From positions 127,720,001-127,784,000 of the forward strand of contig OX597817.1 in assembly GCA_951406725.2 (NCBI GenBank): 64,000 nucleotides of DNA, in the 5' to 3' direction. A program made the translations under genes and the position numbers. The notes beneath the pieces were generated by a model. It saw only the letters and a program-made list of their open reading frames with translations. It did not search any database and was not told the origin of the DNA. Each line of letters begins with the position of its first letter. Within the stretch, counting starts at the first letter, position 1. Shown in pieces: positions 40,593-54,668 of the stretch. This DNA comes from Octopus vulgaris. Its lineage: Eukaryota.

Positions 40593-40994
40593 ATATATTA
40601 GTCGGAGACTGCCTTAAAAAGCTATGCAATTACACCAAAACGCCGAGTAGCAAGAAATTGTCTGGACGAAAATATAATATTAATACTGTATTCTATAGTA
40701 TCGAGCTCTCTTTCCGTCATTACGAAACGGATATACCTACCTACCTACTGATCAACCTATGTTATTTATGACTGCTTGGAAAGCGCCTATGCCTACACGT
40801 ACACTAAATACATAAACTAATACTAAGAAAAAAGTGTCGCATACATTTTGCAATAATCACCAATCTCACTGAGAAATTTCATCTATAGTATTTTATATTT
40901 TAATTCTTTGTAAGTCTTAATTCATCCTAAATTACTTTCGATTATTTTTTTATACTTCTTGCCTTTCTCTGTCATTTGAATATTGTTTTGTTCC

Positions 40995-41135
40995 TTTTAC
41001 TCGTTTCTATCATTTGAGTTTAAGCCTAGTATTTATTTTATCGGTCTCTTTTGCCGAACTGCTAGTTCACGGAGTCGTAAATACACAACATCAGTTGTCA
41101 AGCGATGATGGGGGGATAGACACAGACACAAACAC
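40995..41135 (-). mobile_element. SINE family A, 3' partial
   Basis: aagcctagtatttatttta-tcggtctcttttgccgaactgctag...gttgtcaagcgatg. Confidence 0.7.
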
Positions 41136-41170
41136 GCACTCTACAAGCAACCACACACAAACACACACAC

Positions 41171-41228
<58 letters not shown>

Positions 41229-41524
41229 CAAAAGGATTTGTTATCATTCTATTCCACAGCCATACCAACAATCCAACATACCTCCATCATCAGCTGCCCC
41301 ACGGATATCGTTATGTTTTCGACACCTGGGCAGTTCCATTCAATCCGGCGGTGTCAACAGCACTGAAATAAGTGTTGTTTGGGAACAAACCAAAGAAACC
41401 ACATCTTTCAAACATATTTACCCAATATACAACCGTATCGATATTCCATAAGTAAATTACAACCACTCTTAAATACTTAACTAAACAGCGACAACTCTAT
41501 TAAGTCATAAACAATTATTATCCC

Positions 41525-41775
41525 TACCGACAAGTACCCCGACTGTTGCCATTGTAACGAAGCTAAAGCGCGCAGAGTAAAACCGCTTGGCACTGAATGG
41601 CTGTGAACTTTTCTGTGCATGCGCAATATTTCAACTTTTTAGCTTTCTCTCGCATGGACAAAGCGACTATCACACATTACACATCTTCCTTCCATGCACT
41701 GTTATAAACAGCGGAAGTAAGCTAGAACGTTGAAACTTATTGCACATGCACAGAAAAGTTCACGGTCATTCTGTC
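41525..41775. mobile_element. Mariner-derived foldback MITE remnant built from two left-end copies
   Basis: 41685-41772 matches 56250-56338 (cttccttc...gcggaagtaagct...catgcaca.aa...cacggtcattct); 41525-41635 matches the reverse complement of the same end. Confidence 0.65.
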
Positions 41776-41782
41776 TTTCCGT

Positions 41783-42795
41783 TAAAAGCACGAAACAGGT
41801 GGTAATAAACAGTCGACAACTGAAGTGGCGTTAGAATTCTTTCGGTATTTTTTCCCATACATGTCTGTCGTTGTGTGTCTACTTATTTTCCGCTCGTTGG
41901 TGATGTCCAATACTTAATGTGCATTTTTTAATTTTTATTTAATAATTGAAAGCCACGAAGACTTTCTCAACAGTAGGTCCTTACATTTATATATAATTTC
42001 TGCGACTCTGTTCTCTGCATTTTTTCTTTCTCTTTCTCTTTTTCTATGCCCCTATAAACCTCTATAGTTTTTATACCCTCCTTCCTTGTTCTCCCCCACC
42101 TGTCTTTCTTTCACTCTTTTTCTTTCCTTCTCCCTTCTCCTCACTCGCTTTATTTCTTTTCCTTACTCTCTTTCTTGCTCATTTTCCCCTCTGCCTGTTA
42201 CTCACACGTCATTATAGGCTATTTTTCTCGCCTCTCTCTCATCTATTTATAAATTAAACGCAGAACTGCATTATAGCAAATATATCAGCAAATATATCAG
42301 TTGGCAATTATACATCGTCCTCTCTGCGTGAGATAGGGAACCTCTAAATTTTTTTGCATGGAATTGCAAGTACGTATGTGCAAGTACAGACTGTTTTCCC
42401 TTGTGTTTATAACTAACCAGGCGTCATTTTTTTCTTCTCTCGCCTCTCTATATCCTTTTTTCTTCTATTCTTTCTATTGTATTTATGCTATATCTCTTGT
42501 ATTTATGCTATATCCTTTCAAAGTCATCTTGGCCTTGGCCTGTCTTCGTCGGTCGTTCGAAGCCATGACTCTCCACAAATTTTATGTTTTATAAATTTTT
42601 GGTCGCTGATGTATTATAACGTTTTCCTGTCTTGTTGTTAAAACCACGAAACGGGTAGCAATACACAGTCAACAACTGAAGAAGAGTTAGATTTCTTTGG
42701 CATTTTGTCCCGTACTTGTCTCACGTTGTGTGTTTACGTATTTTAGCTTGTTGGTGATGTCATGTACTTAACGTGTATTTTATCATTTTTATTTT
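41783..42795 (+). mobile_element. Non-coding PLE-like remnant with diverged direct terminal repeats
   Basis: Direct repeat 41783-41935 / 42638-42790 (cacgaaac.ggt...aata.acagtc.acaactgaag...ttggtgatgtc); second copy preceded by CTGATG at ~42606, giving a decayed hammerhead core. Confidence 0.5.
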
Positions 42796-43581
42796 ATATG
42801 TGTATGTGCGTGCGAGTGTGTGTTTGTGTCTCTATCTCGATAACATAGATAGATAGATGGATAGATTTTATTGTAGGAGATCGAAGTATATCAAAGTGAA
42901 GTTCGCCAAAATTATTGGTTCGAGAAAATGATGAACATCGGACTGTTAACAAACCCACTACTATAGCACTCAATGCTTCGATGAAGGAAAGTTCAGTTAT
43001 TAGGTAATCGACAACTCAAATATTATCCAAACCTGTCAAACGATGAGTGGAACCTTAAGCCTTGCGTAAAAACATAATAAAAACAAGCAAATCGGTTATC
43101 TGGTACTGCAATAATTGTTTCGCTAAGAGTTTTATTGAGAGATAAACATACTAAAATCAGGTATGTAATGTGTACAGCATCACTTCTTCTGTCACTTCTT
43201 TTAATGATATATACTACTTCTATTGGTACTACTGCTCCTGCTGCTAACACCTAGCAAAAATCAGACGGCAACGAAACAACGACACCATGCGGTTTTCGGG
43301 AGAAATACACTTAAACTTACAGAACTGATGTCACGAAAGTATAATTTAATCTCTTTCAATTTTATTTTCCTTTTCTTTGAGTATGACTTAATCGTCTATT
43401 TCAAGTGATTAAAACCGGTGTATATTATCATAAACATTTAAATACTTTTTTATCTTTATCCATGATGGACTTCATAACGCACTTTCGTTTGTTGTCAAAT
43501 CTGTGCGAGTTTACATGTGTGTGTTATATGTGCATGTATGTATATCAATATCCATCTATCCATCCATCCATTCATACATAG

Positions 43582-43625
<44 letters not shown>

Positions 43626-43688
43626 GTCAAGTCATATGTACATATATATATATATATGTGTGTGTTCGTGTGTGTATGCATATATATT

Positions 43689-43740
<52 letters not shown>

Positions 43741-43778
43741 AATGTGTGTGTGTATGCATATATATATGTATATATGTA

Positions 43779-43847
<69 letters not shown>

Positions 43848-44278
43848 GTATACATACATCTATATGTGTGTGTATCCAGTAGATTTTGCAACTGTAAAAA
43901 TTGTAAAGAAAACAGGATGTCTTATTATTATTCATACATTTACCGTTCGTTTTGCTTTGTTCCTCAGATTCTTTATAAATGCCATTTCTGGATTTTGGCA
44001 AAAAATTTTGCAATTGATGCGCCATTTTTTTGTCGTCTCTGTACTTGATTGTGTATTTTTACATTTTCTGTCTTTTGTGTTGTTGTGATTTTGATGCAGA
44101 TATTCTCATTTCTAGTACATACGCGAGAATGCAAGGCCAAATCGATTTTGTAAATTCAGAAGTTTTGGGGAAAAAATATTTTTGGAGAAAGCACTCGGAA
44201 ATGTTAAGCAACGAAATATTCTGCACAATGGATTTCTTTAGCAGTAAATGCTTGTATATGTCTTTATGCGTGCATACA

Positions 44279-44332
<54 letters not shown>

Positions 44333-44402
44333 TAATGCATTCATAGAGAAAGTGATAAGATGTAATTATACTACGTCTACGATGGAAAGAACTCAAGATT
44401 TC

Positions 44403-44485
<83 letters not shown>

Positions 44486-44860
44486 GTATGTATATGTCTG
44501 TTATGTACGTACGTATGTTTATAGAGTTTCTAGAAATTATGTTTCCAGGCGACATTTAGTGGTTTTGAAGGCAATTTTTTTTTACATTAAAGAGTCCTGT
44601 TAAAAGAAATTTTAGGATAAAACACTAGGAAATATTAAGCAACAATATTTTATTTTATTTTTTTTGTAGATTTCTTGAGCAACATACAGACACACACACA
44701 CACACACACATGTGCGCGATATGCACACACTCGGATATACATGTACGTGTGCATGTATGCACGAATGTATTCATATACATTTGGGCATACATTCATACGC
44801 GCATGCACACATACATACTCACACACACATACACACACACGCATATATATATATATATAT

Positions 44861-45759
44861 ATACATCGCTCGCATTTTTCGTCATAAAAATTATATAAAC
44901 ATACATAAAAATATATAAAAATATATAAAATCTTCTTGGGACATAACACAGAAAGCATGTTCTATCCGTTTTCTTTAGGGGACCAAAAACGTAACAGAAA
45001 TTTAGTCACATGTGGGCATGATCCGAAAAGCTCTGTCCTTGTATTTAGACATGTGGTAGGGTCTAAGCTGCTTTTCCAGATAAGCCATCTCTCCATGTCG
45101 CATAAACCGGACCTTCCGCTGCCGTTAGTATAGGGCTTACATCTGGCCAAAATCTTCCATTGTATGTTATAATCGACACCTTTATCTCTTAAAGACCAAA
45201 TATGATTGGATAATTGTGTCGCTTTTCTTTTGTTCCAGTGCCTAAAGCTCAAAGTGTGGTTATTGAACCTGGCCTTGAAATTACCCTCTGTCAGGCCCAC
45301 GTATTTCTTCGTCGAAACGGTGTCTTTAGTGGTTATAGAGTTTACGGTAGCTTCATATATGATGGTCTTGGACATGCAAGCTCCATTTAGCGGGCACAAT
45401 TCTTTATTCCTGCATGAACAGCTGTTTTCTTCTTGTGTTTTTTGTATGTTATGATTGATTATGTTTTTAAAATTGGTAGTTGAACTAAAACTAATTTTTA
45501 AATTGTGTCTATTGAAGAGTTTCCTATAAGCATGGTTAACTGGAAAATGTCTATCTATGAGTGCTAGGAAATATTTACCTATATTGAAGGCCACCTCGGG
45601 TGAGTAAGGGGGCGTAAACCAGATGAACTTCCTATTTCTATTATTCCTTTTCCTTATTGTTGCTTTCTGTGTTATGTCCCAAGAAGATTTTATATTTTTT
45701 TTTATATATTTTTATGTATTTTTATATAATTTTTATGACGAAAAATTCGAGCGATGTAT
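44861..45759 (-). mobile_element. Penelope-like element 3' fragment with an inverted terminal duplication (44861-44957 / 45661-45759)
   Basis: GIY-YIG ORF bracketed by ~97-bp inverted repeats; left end runs into (TA)n. Confidence 0.85.
44962..45660 (-). CDS. Penelope-like GIY-YIG endonuclease C-terminal fragment
   Basis: RKFIWFTPPYS..NIGKYFLALIDRHFP, CSCRNKELCPLNGAC, IIYEATV...YVGLTEGNFKARFNNH, LSNHIW, CDMER, LNTRTELFGSCPH. Confidence 0.88.
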   Translation of the reverse strand, partial: TIRKRNNRNRKFIWFTPPYSPEVAFNIGKYFLALIDRHFPVNHAYRKLFNRHNLKISFSSTTNFKNIINHNIQKTQEENSCSCRNKELCPLNGACMSKTIIYEATVNSITTKDTVSTKKYVGLTEGNFKARFNNHTLSFRHWNKRKATQLSNHIWSLRDKGVDYNIQWKILARCKPYTNGSGRSGLCDMERWLIWKSSLDPTTCLNTRTELFGSCPHVTKFLLRFWSPKENG

Positions 45760-45842
45760 AAGTACGCAGGCAAAGCAGAGTTATAACAGAGTAATTTCCC
45801 TTCATTTTTAACGGTATTTTTTCATAACGTTTTCAAATAGCC

Positions 45843-45905
45843 AGATAACCGAAGAGATGGTGTTGTGGATTTCCACTTCGGCATCTGAAACTCAGAGTTT
45901 TATCT
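45843..45905 (+). ncRNA. Hammerhead ribozyme-like motif (C4 variant) in a solo PLE-like terminus (~45760-46003)
   Basis: AGATAA-CCGAAGA-GATG...gtgga-tt-tccac...CATC-T-GAA-ACTC-A-GAGT-T-TTATCT; 6-bp stem I, GUU triplet; followed by a T-rich tail into (TA)n. Confidence 0.7.
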
Positions 45906-46001
45906 TGACTACCGAGTAATGTAACATATTGTATAGATAAATTTCCTCTATTTACATAATATTGAGGTCTCTTTCTTTCTTTTGTTATCTTACCGTTTTA
46001 T

Positions 46002-46048
<47 letters not shown>

Positions 46049-46050
46049 TG

Positions 46051-46238
<188 letters not shown>

Positions 46239-46248
46239 CAGATAGATA

Positions 46249-47342
46249 TGTTTCTTTATTAGCCACACAGGGCTGCACACAGACGAGACAAATTACGAGG
46301 TAGAGCTTTTCTTTTGGGGATAAAAAAAGGTGGTTCGGTTTTCGATCAAAAGCGATCGTAAAAGGAAAGAAAGAGGAAAGCAAAAAAAAGGGGGGGGGGG
46401 ATAAACAATAAAAGGAAAAGGTAAAAATAGATCAATAGGGATCGTTATCACAGGAATGTCAATATAAAGTGTAAAGGGGAGTACAGGTGAGGTTTACCCG
46501 TGTAAAGAAAAGCCTACGGAAAAGACCACGGTAACCTCGGTCAATGAGGTCACATGTTATATTTCTTTACAAATGAGCAACTCTCTGTATTAATTTTTAC
46601 GGTTCATAGGATCATATTCAAGGTGGCTTCGTCATTCATACGTATCATCCTTGCTATATTCACCCATCTTTTTTTAAAACATTCACTAGACAAAACTTGC
46701 CTCTCTACTCTCACTTTCCTCTTCAAGTGATACTTGAAGAAGTTGGTGAGAGATTGACCAGATACATTCTTTCGCCATAGCCACAAGTATGTGGCTCTTC
46801 CTTCCCGTTTGAAGGAAGGAGGCGTGACGATATTAACGATAGACTCGGCTGATAAACCGACACGTCCCACACGTGACAGCAGTCGTTCGACATAAGCCCA
46901 CAGGTCGGAGATTGTTGGACACTGCACGATTGCGTGCAGAACGGTTTCGTCGCTCTGCCCGCATCTCGGGCAGGTCGGCCCGTGTTTCTAGAGCCATGCC
47001 TATAGAGCTTATCCCGAACGGGTAGCACTGCCAAGCCAGGGATCTCTGGAAGTTGTCCATAGGTCTCGGCCCGAAAGTCGTTTCAAACAGCCGGGTCAGG
47101 TATTCCTCGTCGACGCTCAGGTTTGCCCCAAGATCGTCGTCGTACCTCCCCTCCATTAATCCCCTATAGAATGCTTTGTTTGTGTTGAAGTCACTCAAGG
47201 TCGACCCGAGACGGCAGAGTTGCTTGAGAGCAACGCGACACTCGCGGTGCCATTCACCCTTCCTCGGCCTCTTTTTGATTCACGACTGCAGTTCGGTCAT
47301 GGAGACGAGCTGCGGGAAAGCGTGCCTCACAAACGGCGACCT
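46249..47342 (-). mobile_element. 5'-truncated L1/Tx1-clade LINE inserted in (GATA)n
   Basis: Frameshifted zf-RVT-like region LAWQCY..LPVRDKLYRHG...CPRCGQSDETVLHAIVQCPTISDLW; 3' UTR ends AATAAAGAAACA then (TATC)n; (GATA)n on both sides (46052-46248, 47343-47562). Confidence 0.85.
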
Positions 47343-47367
47343 TAGATAGATAGACAGACTGACAGAC

Positions 47368-47523
<156 letters not shown>

Positions 47524-48329
47524 CGATAGATAGATAGATAGATAGATCGATAGATAGATAGATACAGGCAATAAAAGAAAGTGTTAGTTCGACTGCAACA
47601 ACAACAACAACAACAACAAAAAACGTGTTTAAGGATTCCTTCATGATCAAACTAATTAATGCCTATCTCACAGAACAGAGAAATAAAACTAGTTAATATT
47701 GTCTGTTGGAAATAGTTCTTCTTTGAAATAATATCCTAGAGTGAAATGAAAAAATAAAGGAGAGATCACAGCACAGATGCCGACCTGATGCTTCTCTTCG
47801 TAATAGCTTTTTTCTTATGAGCGGATGTAAAACGACACTACCAGTTAGTTATCAGAAAGTGAATACAACACTTTTGGTGTATGAGTGCACGTACTTGAAG
47901 TATATGCATGGATCTTTGTATGCGAGATTATTCTTGTGTGGATGTACGTGTTTTTCTTTGACTTTATGTGTATGTTTGTACACACCTTGTTTATATGTAT
48001 GTGAGCGTATATGCAACATATATGTGTATAAATCAGTGTGTACGTTTGTTTGTGTGAATGAATGCATTCATATATATATATGTTCGTGTGGGAAGGTCCG
48101 TGAATTACTTTATTTGTATGTATATATGTATGTATATATGTATGCATGTATTATTCAAGCTCTGTACATTATACCACATACTCATATTATGTTATAAGCG
48201 ATATATCACGTCCTTGGAAATTAACCACGAACAACTGCTTTCAAAATTGCTACATGCCGTATCAAGACACTATATCTAGAAGCCTACGATACACAAATTT
48301 ACACACACACACAAACACACATTCATATA

Positions 48330-48375
<46 letters not shown>

Positions 48376-48382
48376 AACACAC

Positions 48383-48735
48383 ATGTTGCGATGGGTAAAT
48401 GTCGCCAACTTATTTTTTATTTCGCGCATGCGCGTTGTTTCTGATTTTGTCGACTATACACTACAGTAGTGTCAGTGAGGCACCGTCTATGAGGAAAACA
48501 GCACTACGACGCAATTCACTCTGTCAGAAATTTGGAAAATACGCTGTACTGTTTAGCATTCGTACCGGAAGCTCCAATACCAGCATTTCAGAGTGTTTGA
48601 GTCTGAGAATATGTACCGAAATTGATCAAAATCAAGCATCCAGCATGGTGTTTGGAGTGATCACTAGTGATGATGACGATATAATCCTCCATTCATCATC
48701 CCACAAGGCCTCATCAGGTGTCTGGAGGACATTGC
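48383..48735 (+). mobile_element. DD37D/maT-like transposon deletion derivative
   Basis: Homologous to the reverse complement of 57950-58297 (tgcgat.gg.aa..tgtcgcca, gacgcaattc.ctctg.caga, ggaagctccaatac); encodes IKHP..MVFGVITSD. Confidence 0.7.
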
Positions 48736-49064
48736 TAGAAATAATTGGTAAAATGCTCTAATGATTTAGTTAAAGCAAATAATTAGATACATATAAACAG
48801 ACATCCAGAGATTTCTAGCATAAAATGATATATACAGACAGAGAATTAAGTCTGAAATCTGCCGAAGTAGAACCAGTTGTTACTGATGAGGCAACGGAAA
48901 TTGCCGAAACTGAATTCAGTATCAGGAATTCTCAAACGGTGTTTTCATACGATTATAGTGCCTGTCTGTATTTATGTATATATAATATGTGTGTGTGTTT
49001 GCGTGTGTGTGTGTGTCTGTGTCTGTGTGCGTGTGCGTGTGCGTGTGTGTGTGTGTGAGTGTTT

Positions 49065-49268
49065 GTACCTCACCATCGCGGGCCAGTCAGTGTTGGTATG
49101 TATCAGTCCTCGTAACCTAACTGTTCGGCAAAAAATATCGGTAGAATCAGTTCCAAGCTTCAGAAAATCATAGATACTAGCGTGGATTTATTTCGAGGAA
49201 ATTCTTCAAGGCGGTTCCCCAATATAGCCGCACGCCGATGATTGAAACTAGTAAAAGATAAAAGATAA
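49065..49268 (+). mobile_element. SINE family A, diverged 3' half
   Basis: gtgttggt...gttcggcaaaa...aaggcggttcccca.tat.gccgca...tgaaactagtaaaagataaaagata. Confidence 0.65.
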
Positions 49269-49307
49269 GATAGACACGCGCGCGCATGCACAAACACACG
49301 CACACAC

Positions 49308-49356
<49 letters not shown>

Positions 49357-50347
49357 GTATATATATTTACATACTTGTATACATACATGCATACAAATAT
49401 ATATATTTATGTATGCATATATGCATATGTATGCATGTATGTGTGTGTGTGTGAGTGTATACAAAACCAGATCATGACTAAGAATATAGCTCTATAACGA
49501 AAATAGAACAAAAGAGGAAATGGGGCTTGTGAGAAGTTTTTTCTTCTTCATTCGCTCTTTTATTTCATTATTTATTTCCTGCACGTCAGACGACCATAAG
49601 GCAATCTACTATAGAAGAATGACATTTTAGTTGGAAAAAGATTTCGTAATAAAGAATCAAATATATATCACTGCTAAACTTTCTTGACAACGGCAATTGA
49701 ACAATGACGACTGTATATTCTAAATTGCGAAAATGATAGATTACTATTTGATATAAACCTTGTAAACTGGAGAAAAAACCAAGTAGTTCAAAGTTCATTT
49801 TGTAACAGTAAGTTTAAAAATATACATGTGCATTGTTATGAGTGAATTAATTGCTAAAGATTCTCAACTCAAAATGACAGTATGAGTTTGAGAATAAGAA
49901 GAGGATCGTTAAGATGATCGTCTGCTTCATATTGTTATTTATAAAGTCTAATATCGCTTTTTATTATGCAGTATATTGCGAAGCGAAAAGCAGAATTGTT
50001 ATAATATTTCAATTGAAGATCACATTTTTCATTACTATTTTTGGTCATTACCAATAAGAGAATTAGAAGATGTATTCTCTTCGCAATTCAACCAACTTCT
50101 GAGATGGATCACATGTCATCGCACGAAATTAACCTTCCTCTTCGTTTATAATGGGCAGAAAAAAAAGACATCCTAACACATTTTATCCTTGCTACTTGTA
50201 CGTATGTGCATTGTGAATTATATTAATTGTCACATCCAATTTAACTGGATGTGTTGTTTTCAATGCCGTAGACTGCGGTAATAGTACTGAGAAATCCACT
50301 CATCTAGATGTGCTTATAGCAGTGTTAATATACGCTATAGATAAAGT

Positions 50348-50555
50348 AGCGAGCTGACGGAATAGTTAGCGCCTCGGTCAAAATGATTAGCGACATTTTG
50401 TCAGTCTCTACGTTCTGAGTTGAAATTCTGCCATGGTTGACTTTGTTTTCATCCTTTTGGGGTTGATAAAATAAGTACCAGTAGTTCACTGGGTTCGATG
50501 TAATCGACTTACTCCCCTCCTGAAGATGTCGGCCGTGTGCCATACTTTGAAACCA
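50348..50555 (+). mobile_element. SINE family B
   Basis: gcgagctgacggaatagttagc...tacgttctgagttgaaattctgcc...gataaaataagtaccag...gatgtaatcgact. Confidence 0.8.
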
Positions 50556-51983
50556 ATACATGTGCTGGTTTCTTTGATAGGGTAATTACAAAGATTTTTT
50601 TAAAGATTTGAACCTTGCAGCAACATTAAAATGTGATCACTGCATACATAGGTGATTTTGATTTAAAAATTTTTGCTTTATTCATAGCTTTTAAATTGTG
50701 ATGGTATATGTGTAAACTCTTATGATAATTACTCTTGTAATTCATTATTTGCTTGACTGACTTATACAATGGACTTAATGCTTTTTGTGTACAATGAATA
50801 TAAATATTTCTCGTTGCCTAAATACGATGCATATTCCTTATGTAAGACTGGCTGTTTGACATTTTCTTTCCTTTAATATCATCGACATATATTTGTATAT
50901 TCTAAATAGTGTTCTTCTAAGCATCTTCGGTATGTTCGTGTTGGAATCACCTCCTTAAGGCTGCATAGTATGAGTTAATAGAGCTTTCGTAGCTACTTCA
51001 GTAGACAGAGTAATCGCAATCATTGCCACATACACGCTTCTACGCTATATTGGCGCATTTCATCGCTTTATGAATTACTTTTCTCATTACCAGGTCTTAT
51101 TCCCCCGCTTCCTTTCTTTCTCTTATGCTCACGCAAACCGACTTGCGTATAGCAGCGAGGGTAGACGCGTAGAAAATCTAACCATTGAGTCAATGCTGTT
51201 AATTGTGTTAGTTCGTTACATATGAAGTGTTTTCATTGAGTTATGTGGTTAAGAAAGTAGACTAAGGAAGCGGTTGATAACAGATTTTTTAGTTCAGATT
51301 TCAGGTTTTAGAGGTAGTCTGGAGTATTTTTGCCTGGAGAACCTTAGGAACTAAATGTTTGCTTTCGTTTATAAATGAGATTGTGCATGTGTTTTAATAT
51401 ATCTAAAAACGTCATAGTGGTATAGATTAAAGGAGATAGAAAGAGGACAGATACTATCACACTCCATCTGCGAAATCACAAATTCTGTACTTGTTCTTCA
51501 TGTGTAGTCCATAGACTTGGCAATCACAAACAAACTTTGCAGATTAACGTTCGGTGTATTACGAGCGGTTCAGTAAAATGGTCATACTTTGGCAGCAAAC
51601 TATGAAATCTGTGTTCCAGTGATGTTAACAATAGTTCACATTTTACTTAAGGTTTTTTGTAAAATCCATAACGTATTTGGTATGAGGATTTGTGAGTAGT
51701 CTGGTTCATTGCGATGGTAGGAATTGGCTTTGTCAGTTCAAAGGGATATGTGTTAATTTGCTTCCTTTAATGTATTTTGTATAAGACGTTAATGTGATTT
51801 TACACACACATATACACGTGTTTGTTTGCGCGCGCGCGTGTGCGTGTGTGTGTGCGCGCGTACGTGTGTGTTATCTACAGATGTGGGTTCGAGTCCCACC
51901 GATGAGCTTCGACTTTCTCTATTCGAAAAGGGTTTTCAACCCAATACTTCCTTGGTATTGTGTATACCTTTACATAGGTTTGT

Positions 51984-52034
<51 letters not shown>

Positions 52035-54476
52035 TACGAACAGATATATGTATATGTATATGTATATGCATATATATATATATACATATATATGTGCATA
52101 TATATATATACATATATATGTGTATATATATATATACATATACATATACATCCACACACATACATACACATATATACATGCATATACTTACATACATACA
52201 TACACACACATACACACACATACATACATACATACATACATACATACATACATACATGTATGCATGCATACATACATACATGATTGTTCGTATGACTATA
52301 CAAGCTGTTCCTCAGAGTACAATTTTTCGATATGATTCAGCATGGTTTTGGCTTTCTGTTGCCATAAATTTCCGCTTCAAAATTCAGCAAACTAATATCA
52401 ACAACCACAACATTTGTATAATAATCTGAGGACGAAATAGAAATAGTATATACAATGTAATTGCAAAAAAAATAATCAACAAATTAAACCTTGAAATAAA
52501 TAACATTGAACGATAAAAATTCTTCCTTCGAATCTAAACCTACTAAGTAAAGGAAATAATTTTGTTACCAAAGGCAAGCTATTTATATGTTCGATGTCTG
52601 TCAAGCAATGACGAAAGCAATTACTTGAGCTAGAACATAACGGCTATATACATAGAAGTGATAAATCAGTCATCAAGCAAACAGAATTGGACATGATGCT
52701 TCGATACATGCAGAGTTATGTGGAATATAAACATGTCATCCTGGAGAAGAATGTTAAAGAATGTTTTACATACTGAAGCCACCAACAAATAGTAAAAGAA
52801 AAAAAGTTGTGCTTATACAGAAGATTAGTGCTAACAGAATTACAAGCAACTCTTTCAAATACGGCAACGACAGAAAAAAATAACTAACAATATATGAAAT
52901 TTTACAGTGTGTTTTTATACGTAAGTACACGTATGTGTGTGTATGCGTGTGTGTGTATGTGTGTGTGTGTGTGTACGTATGCGCGTGTGAACGTGTGTAT
53001 GTGTGTGTATTTGTGTGTGTATGTGTGTGTGTGGAGGTGTGTGTTTAAATACACACACACACACACACTCATATAGTATTATACGTCTTCTTTTGCAAGT
53101 CACCACATCTAAATATCTGTGTAGGACTCAATTTTACTTCACTCCACTCCAAGTAATTTAATTAAACGGTTGTTGTGCTTAATCAATCTTACGATATATA
53201 TCTATACACACACGTACACAGATACACATACACATAGGCACACACAAATACACACACAAATATATATTCTTTTTTAGTGTAGCATTCCTCGAAACCATTT
53301 TCATTCTTCTATATTTTCGTCTCGTAGCACAGTTTACTCTTCTTCATACATGGAATAAAAGTAATTACATACTGTTCAAAAACGAAAGGAAAAACGATTT
53401 AATTTAATTAAAGTCAATATGTTATATATAAAAACGATTGTTTTCCTATTAATCGTTATCATAACGCTGGGAGAAAAGATTCAAATCCTATTAAAATTTA
53501 GCAATATACTGTATTATCTTCTTCATGAAGATTTTGTTATATACATATCTCAATGCTACAGTCATAATTGACAACGTACCGGTCATAATTGCCAACGTTT
53601 ACATAATTGACAACTTGTTTACAGATGCATTAGGCAAATGCAAATTCTATGTGATTACCTACCATGCATCTACATTTCAATGGAAATCCACGCTATGCAT
53701 TTATACACGATTTATCAGCAGAATATGACTTGGTTTTGCTAACATATATGCATGTGTTTCCGGGACGGAATAAAGCCTGGCATATTTAAGACCAAATAGA
53801 GTGTTCTGTAATACAGGAATTTAATGGATTTAAGTAAAATGTTAAATTTCATGGATTTAAGTACAATGTAAGTTAAAAATAAGGCATGTATTTAATGGGA
53901 GAATGAAATGAAACAATAATTTCAGAGGTAGTTTCACCACCAAACTGGACAAATTCGTTATATTAAAATGTTTTGCACCGAGGAAAATATTTTCAATTTT
54001 AGATCTTATTGTTTGGATGAAGCCTTATATTTGCACCAAGAATATTTTCTGAGAGATTATCGGGGATCGGTGGGGAGACAAGAAAATAGTGGATATAAAC
54101 ACACTTGGGAATCTGAAAAATAATGTTGATTTGATATCACGTAATCAGATAGTAAATATCTTTTGCCTGTGATAGAATACATTTGTTTTATTATAAACAT
54201 AACAATCCCCTAACAGAGTATGAAGTAAGTATTTTGCGACTGCGAGAGCGTGTTTATGAATTACAGTATGTTGTTTTCGGGAAATATGTTTATGATGATT
54301 GATACTTAATATTTGATACATCGTGCAAGGGGTATTTTAACACTAATGGACAGAAAGAAAACACCCATACTCACACATATATACATATACACAGAAATGT
54401 ATATCTACAATAATAAATGTCTTCTTTTATTTATATCATATATGTATAAATGTATATATTTATATATATATATATA

Positions 54477-54607
54477 GGGTAAAATAAGAAAAGTCAACGA
54501 AAATGCATATTGCAGGTATAAAAAGACTATTTATGATAGGTAGTGACAAAAATATGCATTTAGAGTATTACGAGTCAAAAAGGTCATTATTATTGATGAT
54601 TATAAGA

Positions 54608-54668
<61 letters not shown>

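Noticed and set aside
41300-41365. Minus-strand hairpin GACACC/GGTGTC followed by GAAAAC (hammerhead candidate)
   Set aside because: Stems I and III cannot be formed and the core overlaps stem II.
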